A stretch of 52,006 nucleotides of DNA, taken from IMG/VR virus record IMGVR_UViG_3300037497_000044, positions 1-52,006 of that record; one strand, written 5' to 3'. The position numbers and the translations under genes are program-made. The notes below the pieces were generated by a model. That model saw only the letters and a program-made list of their open reading frames with translations, was not told the DNA's origin and ran no database searches. This stretch comes from a virus. Its lineage: Duplodnaviria > Caudoviricetes. Below are positions 28,220-37,050 of the stretch, one piece after another (within the stretch, counting starts at the first letter, position 1; each line of letters begins with the position of its first letter).

Positions 28220-28851
28220 TTCCCTTTAATTTCAGTCAATTCGGCAAAATAATTGTCCAACGCATGGCCAGAGATCATGGCCCCAGTTTTTAATTTGGCG
28301 GTCATCACGTCATCCGCCGTCATCTCGACTCGATCTGGATAGATTCCGGTAATGTGGCCGCCGAACATCATGAGTGCTATTACCCCAGGAAGCGTATCAA
28401 TACCCTTAATCTCCGATGCCAAACTGATTCCATCAAACAGCGTTTTCCCATCCCATCCAGCGGATTTTAATTCCTTCCGATGGGTGGAAATTATCTGTTT
28501 GTATGCGTCGCGGGCTAGGCAAATTTCATTTTCAGACATCCCAGACAGTTTCATATCTCCATATCTCCTCATCATACAATCATGTACCGATTCCCTTGGT
28601 GGGCACCTTTTCAAGCAACCTGGGCACCAATATGCCCCACATTCACACATATCCCCCGATGGCTTGCCGAGTGGTCTACCACAGCCACACATTATTATCA
28701 CATACTCTTCACTTGTCCCGCATGAGCATCCATGATCTTGTTCCTGTTTTTTGTGTGAGTAATCATAGCCAAACCCATCGCAATCGCATCGCATTGGAGT
28801 CCCGTTGCATTTAGTCCACCCCGTCATGTTGCATTCCATGCAATCTCTCAT
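28213..28851 (-). CDS. Hypothetical Cys-rich protein
   Basis: Multiple CxC and CxxC motifs in the N-terminal half; start uncertain. Confidence 0.55.
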   Translation of the reverse strand: MRDCMECNMTGWTKCNGTPMRCDCDGFGYDYSHKKQEQDHGCSCGTSEEYVIIMCGCGRPLGKPSGDMCECGAYWCPGCLKRCPPRESVHDCMMRRYGDMKLSGMSENEICLARDAYKQIISTHRKELKSAGWDGKTLFDGISLASEIKGIDTLPGVIALMMFGGHITGIYPDRVEMTADDVMTAKLKTGAMISGHALDNYFAELTEIKGKC

Positions 28852-28922
28852 TTCGGAAACTCCAGTGACAAATAGGCGCAATGACTGGCAACACTGCGTG
28901 ACGCACGTGTTTTAGATCCCAT

Positions 28923-30890
28923 TTAAATTACTCTCTCAACAAGTTTAACTAACCCACCATCGACGACATAAGCCGCCACACCAAACGACTGGCCAATTTG
29001 CTCAGCCCGGCCACGATTGCCAAGCATCGCCAGCACCGAGGGCACGCCAATCGTTTTCAGATATTTGATCATCCCGCTAATGCTTACGGTATCCAACATG
29101 CCAGTCTCATCGAACAACAACAGTCTACTCCCATCCAGTTTCGCAATCAAAATCTGCGCCGCAAACTGTGCCATTTGACGATGCCCACCAGACTGTAATA
29201 CATGCCGATACCCGCCAATCCGCAACTCCAGGCTGTCAGGGTCCATCGTGATAAGTGGCCACCCCGCCCCAGTCGAGATCTCGGCCAAGGTGGTTTGCAC
29301 CACATCCATCGCCTCTTTCATTTTTTTCGCCCGCAACCCTTCGGGACCAAGGATTTTGGCAACCGCCGTCCATGTTGTGACATCTCGGTGCAATGCGTCG
29401 GCGCGAGATTTTCTGTCAAACGCAACCAGAGCATTTTTTGCATCCACAAGTTTATTCTGCAAATTGGCCAGTGCCTCTGGCGTGACATTTCGCTTTGATT
29501 TGTCGGCCAGAAGAACGGATAGTTCTACTTTTGCTTTTTCAATTGCGGCGTTATATGCTCTGTTTACGTCCAGTACGCCGGTGTAATGGAATTTATTACG
29601 GTTCAACTCAGCGATCCGGTATTGTTTGTTCTCCTTGCAAGCCACAAGCTTTTGCCGCAGTGTCTCTTTAGCCATGCCAAGGGCCATGTTTGCCAGATTC
29701 GCTTGTTCAACGGTTGTGCCAATCAGATCGTTGGTTTCCTTGTTTTTCAGCTTGATTTTGCTGTTTTCAATCTCCACATCACGACGTTTTATCAAAGATG
29801 CGTCAATAACACTTTTTGGAGTTTCTTTGGCAAGTAACGCTCTTTTCTGTCCTTGCTTGCCTATGTCAGTACGGAGACCGACACCGCACGAGGGGCAATT
29901 AAAATCATGGTCCGACTCATCCGGCACGATAGGTATCGGCATAAATGGCACGACACTCGCTTGCAAAACCTCAATTTCAGCCGTCAAACGATCCCACTCA
30001 GCTTGTGCCTTTCCGACATCCAGCTTGTAACTGGCAGACTCCTCCGACTCTGCTGGCTCCTGCTGAGCCTTTAATAACTCTCCGTCGATACTCGCCAACA
30101 TAACTTCGTGGTCAGCAACATCGACAGGAACCTGTTCTGCCTTCGCCCGAACCGCATCTTCAAGGTGGCTATCAACAGCCAGCCGGCCAATTGCGTCGGC
30201 CACAGCAGTCTGCGCCCGTTCGACATTATGAGCCAGCACAGCCCGCCCAACTCCCGCTAGATAACCGACTGGCACCCACGATGCGGCCTTGACCTCGCCG
30301 TATGTCTCGCCGCCAGTCACCTCACGCCACGCGCCTTTATCTTGCGTTGCACGAGTTTGAGCGTGTAATGCCGCCCGGTTCCATGCGTCAGGTAACGACA
30401 TATTTCCCGACATGAAATTTCGCGTCCAGTCTGGCACGTTTCGGTCAACAAAAACCGCCAACCCTTTATCCAAATCCTCCAGCGACGGCATAAACTCCAT
30501 CCCCCGCCGACGCAACGCATCAGTAAGTAGCGACCGGCGGTCATTGATAGATATCGCCGCCCAATTGATCATCCCACACGCCATCGAGCTGGCCACACGG
30601 CCCAGAGTACCGTCTAATTTACCGGCGGGCCATTTAACTGTTGTTGAGTCTGCGCCAACTGACAGCGTTGCAGATGCCGCTTTGCCGCTGTTGTGGATTA
30701 GATCGGGGTACTCTCGTTTGAGCACCCCAGCGACATCGGCGCAACGAGTCGCGCAAATTGCCGCCGCACACAGCAAGGAGCTTTTCCCTTGGCCGTTCTG
30801 GCCAACCAGCAATGTAACTCCATCCCTTATTTCGATGCGGGCTTCCTTGATGCGACGAAAATCCTTTACTTCCAGTGTCATACTACTCAT
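28923..30890 (-). CDS. Rad50/SbcC-like ABC ATPase with zinc hook
   Basis: Start ATG 30890; VKDFRRI, Walker A GQNGQGKS, coiled coils, CPSCG hook, QSGG signature, LLLFDE...LD. Confidence 0.8.
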   Translation of the reverse strand: MSSMTLEVKDFRRIKEARIEIRDGVTLLVGQNGQGKSSLLCAAAICATRCADVAGVLKREYPDLIHNSGKAASATLSVGADSTTVKWPAGKLDGTLGRVASSMACGMINWAAISINDRRSLLTDALRRRGMEFMPSLEDLDKGLAVFVDRNVPDWTRNFMSGNMSLPDAWNRAALHAQTRATQDKGAWREVTGGETYGEVKAASWVPVGYLAGVGRAVLAHNVERAQTAVADAIGRLAVDSHLEDAVRAKAEQVPVDVADHEVMLASIDGELLKAQQEPAESEESASYKLDVGKAQAEWDRLTAEIEVLQASVVPFMPIPIVPDESDHDFNCPSCGVGLRTDIGKQGQKRALLAKETPKSVIDASLIKRRDVEIENSKIKLKNKETNDLIGTTVEQANLANMALGMAKETLRQKLVACKENKQYRIAELNRNKFHYTGVLDVNRAYNAAIEKAKVELSVLLADKSKRNVTPEALANLQNKLVDAKNALVAFDRKSRADALHRDVTTWTAVAKILGPEGLRAKKMKEAMDVVQTTLAEISTGAGWPLITMDPDSLELRIGGYRHVLQSGGHRQMAQFAAQILIAKLDGSRLLLFDETGMLDTVSISGMIKYLKTIGVPSVLAMLGNRGRAEQIGQSFGVAAYVVDGGLVKLVERVI

Positions 30891-30900
30891 TTTCTTCCCC

Positions 30901-31275
30901 TTAAAAAACACATTCAAAAAGTTTAGCCTGTGGCCCACAATCCCCATCGGGGGCGCGTCTGGCAGCGCACGGAGCGTCTTGGCCGACCATAGCCCCATCT
31001 GTGTTGCGGATGCGGCAGAAATCAGGCTCATATATGTCTGTGAAGGCGCACTTTTCACAATCCAGCAGCAGATGCATCCCACCGCCTTCATCTACTGTAG
31101 CTGGCATACAATCACCAACCGCGTTGATAGATTCGCTACACCAAAACAGCTCATCAAGCATGCAGTTGCATTCCGTGAGCGTACGGACATGGCCATCCTC
31201 CATAGCAACAAGACCGTCAGCCCCTATTTCAGTCAGGTAGCTTCTGACGATTTCAATAACTTTTTTCGCGACCAT
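30901..31275 (-). CDS. Hypothetical Cys-rich protein
   Basis: 124 aa, GGAGG SD, operon packing. Confidence 0.55.
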   Translation of the reverse strand: MVAKKVIEIVRSYLTEIGADGLVAMEDGHVRTLTECNCMLDELFWCSESINAVGDCMPATVDEGGGMHLLLDCEKCAFTDIYEPDFCRIRNTDGAMVGQDAPCAARRAPDGDCGPQAKLFECVF

Positions 31276-31278
31276 TTT

Positions 31279-31509
31279 TCAATCCTCCTTCCCATAAACC
31301 GCACGGACGCGCTTGCCCTGGCCGGTGTATTTGTTGTTGTCAACGTACTCATACAATGTCTCTCGCCTCCATGCCGTCACTGGCAAGTTCGGCAGTGGCG
31401 CGGGAAGATCCCCTTTGTAAATGCGTTGATGGATCAACCTTGCGGAACAGCCTAATCTCTCTGCCAAAGCCTTAACAGTCACAACCTCTGGCAATCCTCG
31501 TGTATCCAT
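31279..31509 (-). CDS. AlpA/excisionase-like HTH regulator
   Basis: VKALAERLGCSARLIHQRIYKGDLPAP.....AWRRETL; AGGAGG SD; first gene of the leftward operon. Confidence 0.75.
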   Translation of the reverse strand: MDTRGLPEVVTVKALAERLGCSARLIHQRIYKGDLPAPLPNLPVTAWRRETLYEYVDNNKYTGQGKRVRAVYGKED

Positions 31510-31542
31510 CTGTCAAACCTCCTAAAGAAATTATTTTGAAAC

Positions 31543-31658
31543 ATGATAGGACCGTTCTTGGTCGCATGTCAAGAAAAAAAGAAGTTCGCAGGGTGAAAAG
31601 TTTATTTTGCGTGAACTTCTTTTTTTTCTTGACACTGCCGCCGGGCACAGTGTAGAGT
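31543..31658. promoter_or_regulatory. Back-to-back sigma70 promoters built on an inverted repeat
   Basis: Minus strand TTGACA(31572)-18-TATCAT; plus strand TTGACA(31629)-18-TAGAGT; arms TGTCAAGAAAAAAAGAAGTTC and GAACTTCTTTTTTTTCTTGACA. Confidence 0.75.
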
Positions 31659-31701
31659 CTGTCCCATCAGCAGTTAAGGGCAGGTAGGACCAACAACCAA
31701 T

Positions 31702-31808
31702 AGGAGCCAGCCATGAATAAAACCTAGTTTTGACACACCGGCCCGGCCAGACAAATTTATCAATGATTAAGGGTCAAAGGCATCGTGTCTGTCCGGGCTG
31801 GTTGTGTC
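31702..31808 (+). promoter_or_regulatory. Mini-ORF (MNKT) followed by a long stem-loop in the leader
   Basis: AGGAG SD, ATG AAT AAA ACC TAG at 31713-31727; inverted repeat spanning 31732-31808. Confidence 0.5.
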
Positions 31809-31845
31809 TATTGGTTTTCAGTGGTTTAGGTTTAAGGAGAGAAAA

Positions 31846-32637
31846 ATGAGTGAGGAATATTGTATCAATTGCATACACATGCAGAAAAGAAACGAGGGTT
31901 ACATCTGCGTGGGGGCAGAGACAGACCTCGTGACCGGCGTTCCGGTCGACGTGCTTTGCTATGCGGCCCGGTCGGAACCGTACAGCAACACCGTGCCATG
32001 CGGCAAAGAAGGCCGGTTGTTCGTCGCCCGCAGCGAGGATGTAGTGCCGGTAGGTTGCTCGTCCTGCATCCATGAGACCGATGGCACTGTGAGTTGTTGT
32101 ACCTTCCACCGTGGGTTTCCAACGCCTTCATATCTGAATGTGAATTGCTCTGAGACTGGCCGGTGCGGCAAAAATTACGCTAATTTTTCACCAAAAAAGC
32201 CAGAGCCGACAACTCCCACGGTCGAGAGCGTTGCCGGTGAAAGAAAGCTGAAACTGCAAGCCATGATCGAGGAGCTTCGTGGCATGGATGAAACGAGCAA
32301 AGAAGTTGACTTTCTGTTTTTGCAACTGGTTGGCGCGTTCAGTTCGACGGCAACTTTGTTTATCGACAGTCTCAACGGGTGTACATTCGTTGACGACAAA
32401 AGAAAGAAGATACATGGAGTAACATGGTCCATCAACCATGCCTTGTACTACATGCCTTCAGAGTATCGCATAATGTTGATGCAAATGATATCTGAAGGCC
32501 AATGGATGGTTGGGTGGTGCAAAGTAGGTTCAAACTGGGAGTTCGTAACCCACCCTAACTCCCTCGCCATGGCCATCTGCATAGCGGTCCTGGCAGCACA
32601 TATTGATCTGATTGATGGAGAGGAGGAACAGAAATGA
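31846..32637 (+). CDS. Hypothetical protein with two Cys-rich modules
   Basis: AAGGAG SD before ATG 31846; CxxCxH...C...DLVTG...C...R...CG module. Confidence 0.65.
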   Translation: MSEEYCINCIHMQKRNEGYICVGAETDLVTGVPVDVLCYAARSEPYSNTVPCGKEGRLFVARSEDVVPVGCSSCIHETDGTVSCCTFHRGFPTPSYLNVNCSETGRCGKNYANFSPKKPEPTTPTVESVAGERKLKLQAMIEELRGMDETSKEVDFLFLQLVGAFSSTATLFIDSLNGCTFVDDKRKKIHGVTWSINHALYYMPSEYRIMLMQMISEGQWMVGWCKVGSNWEFVTHPNSLAMAICIAVLAAHIDLIDGEEEQK

Positions 32638-33428
32638 GCATGACTCCTGGTATTCACGAAAACATACCAAACCACGTCTACCACGCAGATGATGCGGTAG
32701 GTAAGTCGCGTTTGTGGAATATGCGGCGGTCTCCCGCATATTACCGATGGGCATTAGACAATCCGCCAAAACAGACGGAATCTATGGCGTTCGGATCGGC
32801 GGTCCACACGCTCTTTCTTGAGTCTGACAAGTTCCATGATGAGTACGCTATCTTTACCGATGGCGACCGCAGGGGTAAGGCATGGGAGTATTTTAAAGAT
32901 TTGCATTACGGGAAGACCATCCTGAAATCGTCTGAAATGGAACCGATAACAGATTGTGTCACCGCACTGCGGCATCAAAGGACTGTCATCGATGGCGGCG
33001 TGATCGAAATGACCGCTGTATGGAAGGATGGCGAGACCGGCATTTTGTGTAAATGTCGACCGGACGTTGCACACCCATCTTTGCTGTTGGATCTCAAAAC
33101 AACAACGTCAATCAATGCCAGTGATTTTGCAAGATCCTGTGCCACTCTTGGGTACGACCTTCAGGCACATATGTATTGCGAGGGGATCTACCACGCCACA
33201 GGCGAGAGACCGTCAGATTTCTATTTTCTGGCCGTCGAAAGCAGTCCGCCGTATCTGTCTGCAATCATGCGCACATCCATTGAGATGATGGCATCTGGTG
33301 AGGTCAAATTTCGTAAATATTTGCGGCAACTGGCAGAGTGTATTGAGAAAAATCACTGGCCAGGACCGGAAAGTTTATATCAAGACGGGCATGAGAGTAT
33401 TTTGATCAATTGGCCTTCGTGGGCATAG
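32634..33428 (+). CDS. PD-(D/E)XK exonuclease (DUF3799 / RecE-like)
   Basis: YHA..AVGKS.L, FGSAVH..FLE, CKCRPD, DLKTT, GYDLQAHMY, FLAVE..PPY, WPG. Confidence 0.85.
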   Translation: MSMTPGIHENIPNHVYHADDAVGKSRLWNMRRSPAYYRWALDNPPKQTESMAFGSAVHTLFLESDKFHDEYAIFTDGDRRGKAWEYFKDLHYGKTILKSSEMEPITDCVTALRHQRTVIDGGVIEMTAVWKDGETGILCKCRPDVAHPSLLLDLKTTTSINASDFARSCATLGYDLQAHMYCEGIYHATGERPSDFYFLAVESSPPYLSAIMRTSIEMMASGEVKFRKYLRQLAECIEKNHWPGPESLYQDGHESILINWPSWA

Positions 33429-33439
33429 AGGGGATAGGA

Positions 33440-34678
33440 ATGAGCAATCAGTTGATGGAGCAGTCGTTTGGAAATGCTGAAGTTGGGCAGTCTACACGTA
33501 TCGAGCAATCTGGCAGGGTGGCAGAGGTCCAGGGCGCAATTATCGTTGCTCAAAAACTCCCACGCAACGAGCGTGCGGCGGTATCCAGGATCATGGATGC
33601 GTGTAGCCGACTGTCCCTGGCCAATCAAGCGTTTTTTTCGTTCCCAAAATCCGGTAAAACGGTTTCCGGTGCGTCCATCCACCTGATGACGGAGATTGCC
33701 CGTTGCTGGGGTCATATTCAGTCTGGAGTATCCGAGTTATCAAGGGATGACGTGGCAGGGAGGAGTGAGGCGATGGCCTACTCGTGGGACATGCAAGCAA
33801 ATGTCCGGTTCGAGTCTCGGTTCATCGTCGTGCATGAAATTTCAACAAAAAAGGATGGTGTAAAAAAACTGACAGACACTCGTGATATTTACGAGCTGAT
33901 TGCGAATCAGGGCGCGCGCCGGATGCGCGCATGTATTGCAAAAGTTATTCCGTCAGACGTTATTGCTATGGCGGAGGATAAATGCAGGGAAACCTTAAAG
34001 TTTGGAGACGGAAAGCCGTTTGGACAGCGAGTGTCAGAGTGTATTCAAGCGTTCTCTACCATCGGCGTGACGCGGGAGATGCTCAAAAAGCACCTGGACG
34101 GGGCAAATCCAGAACTCATGTCAATCGAAAATCTGACAGAACTGGGTATACTGTTTCTAACCATCCGGCGTGGAGAAAGATCGGTAGACGAGATTTTCTT
34201 CTGTGGCTCGAACGGTGAGCAGTCTGGCCTGGCTGCTGTGCGGGCTAAGAATCTGGAACGACAATCAACTCCAGCACCTGAGCCGCCACAGCAACATCCA
34301 CAGCAAACAGCAGCGCCGGCCCAACAACAGCCAGTCACGCAAGAGACAGCAGTCACCTTGCCCCCGCTTACGCAACCCCCGTCGGCACAGGTAGAGTTGC
34401 CGAAGATTTTTTATGGTGTGAAACTGGGTGATTTGGTCGAGATCACTGGCACATCAAAAAACGGTCCTTTCGTTCTATCCGGCCAAGTAACAGAGCTGGC
34501 GCAATCAAGTATTGCAATCAGCCCGGCTACTGGACCAAACGGCGAGCAGTTGCTTGGGTGTCAAGTGCCTTTACCTGTCAGATCAATCACTGCGGTCAGT
34601 CAGGTAGTTTTCACGATACCTGAGCCTGTCAGTGATGGCCTGGGTGGGGAGATGTCGGACGATGATATTCCGTTTTAA
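33440..34678 (+). CDS. Probable ssDNA-annealing/recombination partner with SSB-like acidic tail
   Basis: AEVQGAIIVAQKLPRNE...GASIHL..EIARCWG...RRMRACI; C-terminus DDDIPF; follows the exonuclease. Confidence 0.65.
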   Translation: MSNQLMEQSFGNAEVGQSTRIEQSGRVAEVQGAIIVAQKLPRNERAAVSRIMDACSRLSLANQAFFSFPKSGKTVSGASIHLMTEIARCWGHIQSGVSELSRDDVAGRSEAMAYSWDMQANVRFESRFIVVHEISTKKDGVKKLTDTRDIYELIANQGARRMRACIAKVIPSDVIAMAEDKCRETLKFGDGKPFGQRVSECIQAFSTIGVTREMLKKHLDGANPELMSIENLTELGILFLTIRRGERSVDEIFFCGSNGEQSGLAAVRAKNLERQSTPAPEPPQQHPQQTAAPAQQQPVTQETAVTLPPLTQPPSAQVELPKIFYGVKLGDLVEITGTSKNGPFVLSGQVTELAQSSIAISPATGPNGEQLLGCQVPLPVRSITAVSQVVFTIPEPVSDGLGGEMSDDDIPF

Positions 34679-34728
34679 CCAACTGTCAGGGATTGCTTGA
34701 CGGTTCAACTTTTGAAGGATGATTTGAG

Positions 34729-35010
34729 ATGGAGAATAGAAAAATTGTTCGGACAAGATCGGCAGGTGTTTATTTTGGGCATGTTTTTTTGAATGGTACA
34801 TCTGCCATTATAAAAGACGCTCGCCGATTGTGGCATTGGAGTGGTGCTGCGTCACTATCGCAGCTTGCTGTTGACGGTGTTTCTAAGCCATTGGATTGCA
34901 AGTTCCCTGTTTCTGTCAGTGAAGTACAGGTGTTTGAAGTTATTGAGGTTCTTACAGTCACGGAAAAGGCTGGGAGAAGTATTGATGCGGTGGCAATATG
35001 GAAAGTGTGA
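34729..35010 (+). CDS. DUF6948-like protein
   Basis: IVRTRSAGVYFG...ARRLWHWSGAASLSQLAVDGV...VIEV..VTEKA..SI. Confidence 0.8.
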   Translation: MENRKIVRTRSAGVYFGHVFLNGTSAIIKDARRLWHWSGAASLSQLAVDGVSKPLDCKFPVSVSEVQVFEVIEVLTVTEKAGRSIDAVAIWKV

Positions 35011-35306
35011 ACGGGTACGGGTACGGGTACGGGTACGGGTACGGGGACGGGTACGGGTACGGGTACGGGTACGGGTCCGGGTACGGGGACGGGTCCGGGG
35101 ACGGGGACGGGGACGGGTCCGGGGACGGGGACGGGGACGGGTCCGGGGACGGGGACGGGGACGGGGACGGGGACGGGGACGGGTCCGGGTCCGGGGACGG
35201 GGACGGGTACGGGTACGGGTACGGGGACGGGGACGGGTACGGGGACGGGGACGGGTACGGGTCCGGGGACGGGTCCGGGTACGGGGACGGGTCCGGGTAC
35301 GGGTAG
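34998..35306 (+). CDS. Gly-X (X = D/Y/S) repeat protein
   Basis: 102 aa, overlapping the DUF6948 gene end, the usual arrangement for this family. Confidence 0.6.
   Translation: MESVNGYGYGYGYGYGDGYGYGYGYGSGYGDGSGDGDGDGSGDGDGDGSGDGDGDGDGDGDGSGSGDGDGYGYGYGDGDGYGDGDGYGSGDGSGYGDGSGYG
35013..35303 (+). repeat. Hexamer tandem array GGG(TAC/GAC/TCC), about 48 units
   Basis: Read directly; every Gly codon is GGG. Confidence 0.95.
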
Positions 35307-35316
35307 ATTAAAAAAA

Positions 35317-35493
35317 ATGGGTGACATGGGAGATGTTTTTAAAGAATGGAAAGAGTCCAAAAGGCTGGAAAAGGCGCAACTCGGTATCGCTTGCCCCGGG
35401 TGTTTAAAAAATCGTCCAAAAGCAAGCCCAACAATTTTACTGCCAGGCAGGAGATGTCGCGCCTGTAGGCATCTGGATACAAGAAGGATTTGA
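35317..35493 (+). CDS. Small Zn-binding hypothetical protein (58 aa)
   Basis: [13 protein letters not shown]...CPGC...[13 protein letters not shown]; below the track cut-off. Confidence 0.55.
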   Translation: MGDMGDVFKEWKESKRLEKAQLGIACPGCLKNRPKASPTILLPGRRCRACRHLDTRRI

Positions 35494-35494
35494 T

Positions 35495-35746
35495 ATGAAT
35501 GAAAAAACTGATATGACTGGAATTGACAGCGAAGTTCTACAGATCATCATTGATCGCATCGAGCGACTGGAGGCTGAAAAGGCCGAAACCGCCAGCGTGA
35601 TCAAGGATGTTTATGCGGAGGCTAAAAACGGTGGCTTCTACTCAAAAGCTATCCGCCGGGTGATCGCGCTGCGGAAAGTGGAACGGGCTGAGCGTGAGGC
35701 GCAGGAAGGCATGGTGCAGTTGTATATGACTGCTTTGGGCAGTTAG
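35495..35746 (+). CDS. GapR/DUF2312 nucleoid-associated protein homologue
   Basis: L..IIDRIERLEAEK.....IKDVYAEAK..G...KAIRRVIALRK....ER...E....LY..ALG. Confidence 0.9.
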   Translation: MNEKTDMTGIDSEVLQIIIDRIERLEAEKAETASVIKDVYAEAKNGGFYSKAIRRVIALRKVERAEREAQEGMVQLYMTALGS

Positions 35747-36060
35747 GTGCCTGTTAAAATAATCGTCTCATCCACAAAACACGTGGGACGTCAACACCGG
35801 AGAAGTGGACGAGGGTGTTGAGTGTGACTGCCGCACGCTACGCGAGTGAACGCCGACAAGGGTCATGGCAGGACTAGGCGTGACAAGCCGGGAGAGACCG
35901 GCAAACACAATCGCCAGATGAAGGATGACGATAGCCATGCAAACCGAGGATTGAGTGCTTAAAAATAAAATACTTGATAGTGACGAAGCCAGACGGGGCC
36001 AGACGATCCGTCCGCCATGTGGGAAGCCTGGAATTTTTTGTGAATTACCTGGACAACAAG

Positions 36061-36130
36061 GCAGCGCAATGCACAGCAAAGCATCGCATTGCAAGGCAAA
36101 GCATCGCAGAGCAAGGCAGCGCAGAGCAAC
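36061..36130 (+). repeat. GCANN pentamer array, 14 units
   Basis: gcagc gcaat gcaca gcaaa gcatc gcatt gcaag gcaaa gcatc gcaga gcaag gcagc gcaga gcaac. Confidence 0.9.
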
Positions 36131-36243
36131 GGAAGCACACTCAGCCGAGAGCATCGGCCATCCAGGTGGGATGCCTGGATTATTTTTAAGGCGTTTCAAC
36201 AAATGTAGAGGACAAGCGGATCACAGAACTGGAGGGTAAATTA

Positions 36244-36726
36244 GTGATGGGTATCATATCAAAAAAAGCAGCAGACTTGCTTGGAACGCCGTTGAAGCAA
36301 CCGGACATTCAACACACCAACAACCGCGAACAATATTTTATGTCGGTCGCAGCTTCGTTCGCAGAAATATCCGTTCACCCGCAACATCAGGTTGGTGCGC
36401 TCATTGTTGATCGGAATGGATCTGTTGTGTCGGAGGGGTGGAACAAATACCCTGTAGGGAGCGAAGATTGTCAAAAAGTACATATGACGCATGCCGAGGC
36501 AGTTGCTATCATAAGATCTGTGCGTAGTACTGCCGAATGCACGATGTATATTACTCACCCTCCATGCTCCAGATGTTGCGCGATGATGGCGGAAGCTGGC
36601 GTGTCGCGTGTAGTTCATCGTGTTGGATCGTTTGATTTTCTTTCAATCTGGGGCGAGAATTGTGCGGTTGGTCTGCTTATCCTCAGAAATGCAGGAATCG
36701 AAATCAAGGAGATGTTTGAGGTATGA
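36244..36726 (+). CDS. dCMP deaminase-like protein
   Basis: QVGALIV, GWN, HAE, PCSRC, AGVSRVV motifs; the start may be ATG 36247. Confidence 0.85.
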   Translation: MMGIISKKAADLLGTPLKQPDIQHTNNREQYFMSVAASFAEISVHPQHQVGALIVDRNGSVVSEGWNKYPVGSEDCQKVHMTHAEAVAIIRSVRSTAECTMYITHPPCSRCCAMMAEAGVSRVVHRVGSFDFLSIWGENCAVGLLILRNAGIEIKEMFEV

Positions 36727-36826
36727 ACATGTTATGGCTTGGAATTGGCGTGATAGCAGTCTTGGTTACAATCCTGGTGGCGGTGGCAATGTCCCATAAC
36801 TGTGTTTGTCGGCGGTGGGGGCGGAA

Positions 36827-37036
36827 ATGAGAATCATCCTGAAAAACACGGACCATCTGACGTATAGGATGATCAACGTCGCAGACGGAGGTTCTCTGAC
36901 GCATGACCAAAAGAGAAAACTTAATTGCTACATGAACCACGGGTTTTGTGGCTGTAGAGGGTTCCATCCGGCGGATAAAAAGATCCATATCGTGCCGGAT
37001 GGTACTGGCGGATTAATTGTTAAAATTGACAAGTAA
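36827..37036 (+). CDS. Hypothetical protein
   Basis: 69 aa with FCGC.G motif; operon packing. Confidence 0.45.
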   Translation: MRIILKNTDHLTYRMINVADGGSLTHDQKRKLNCYMNHGFCGCRGFHPADKKIHIVPDGTGGLIVKIDK

Positions 37037-37050
37037 GGAAGTTATAACAA

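Noticed and set aside
31279-31509. Lysogeny module implied by the excisionase-like HTH protein
   Set aside because: No integrase, CI-like repressor, partition ATPase or att site is visible; lifestyle remains undetermined.
34770-35360. Pro-Val (minus) and Arg-Val/Arg-Gly (plus, 34841-35311) ORFs
   Set aside because: These are shadow frames of the stop-free hexamer array; the Gly-X frame fits the known DUF6948 arrangement.
35910-35960. Hammerhead-like ribozyme suggested by CAGATGA
   Set aside because: The core does not match CUGANGA...GAAA and I could not build the three stems.
36061-36130. CRISPR or mini-array interpretation of the pentamer and hexamer repeats
   Set aside because: Units are 5-6 bp with no repeat-spacer architecture, and there are no cas genes.
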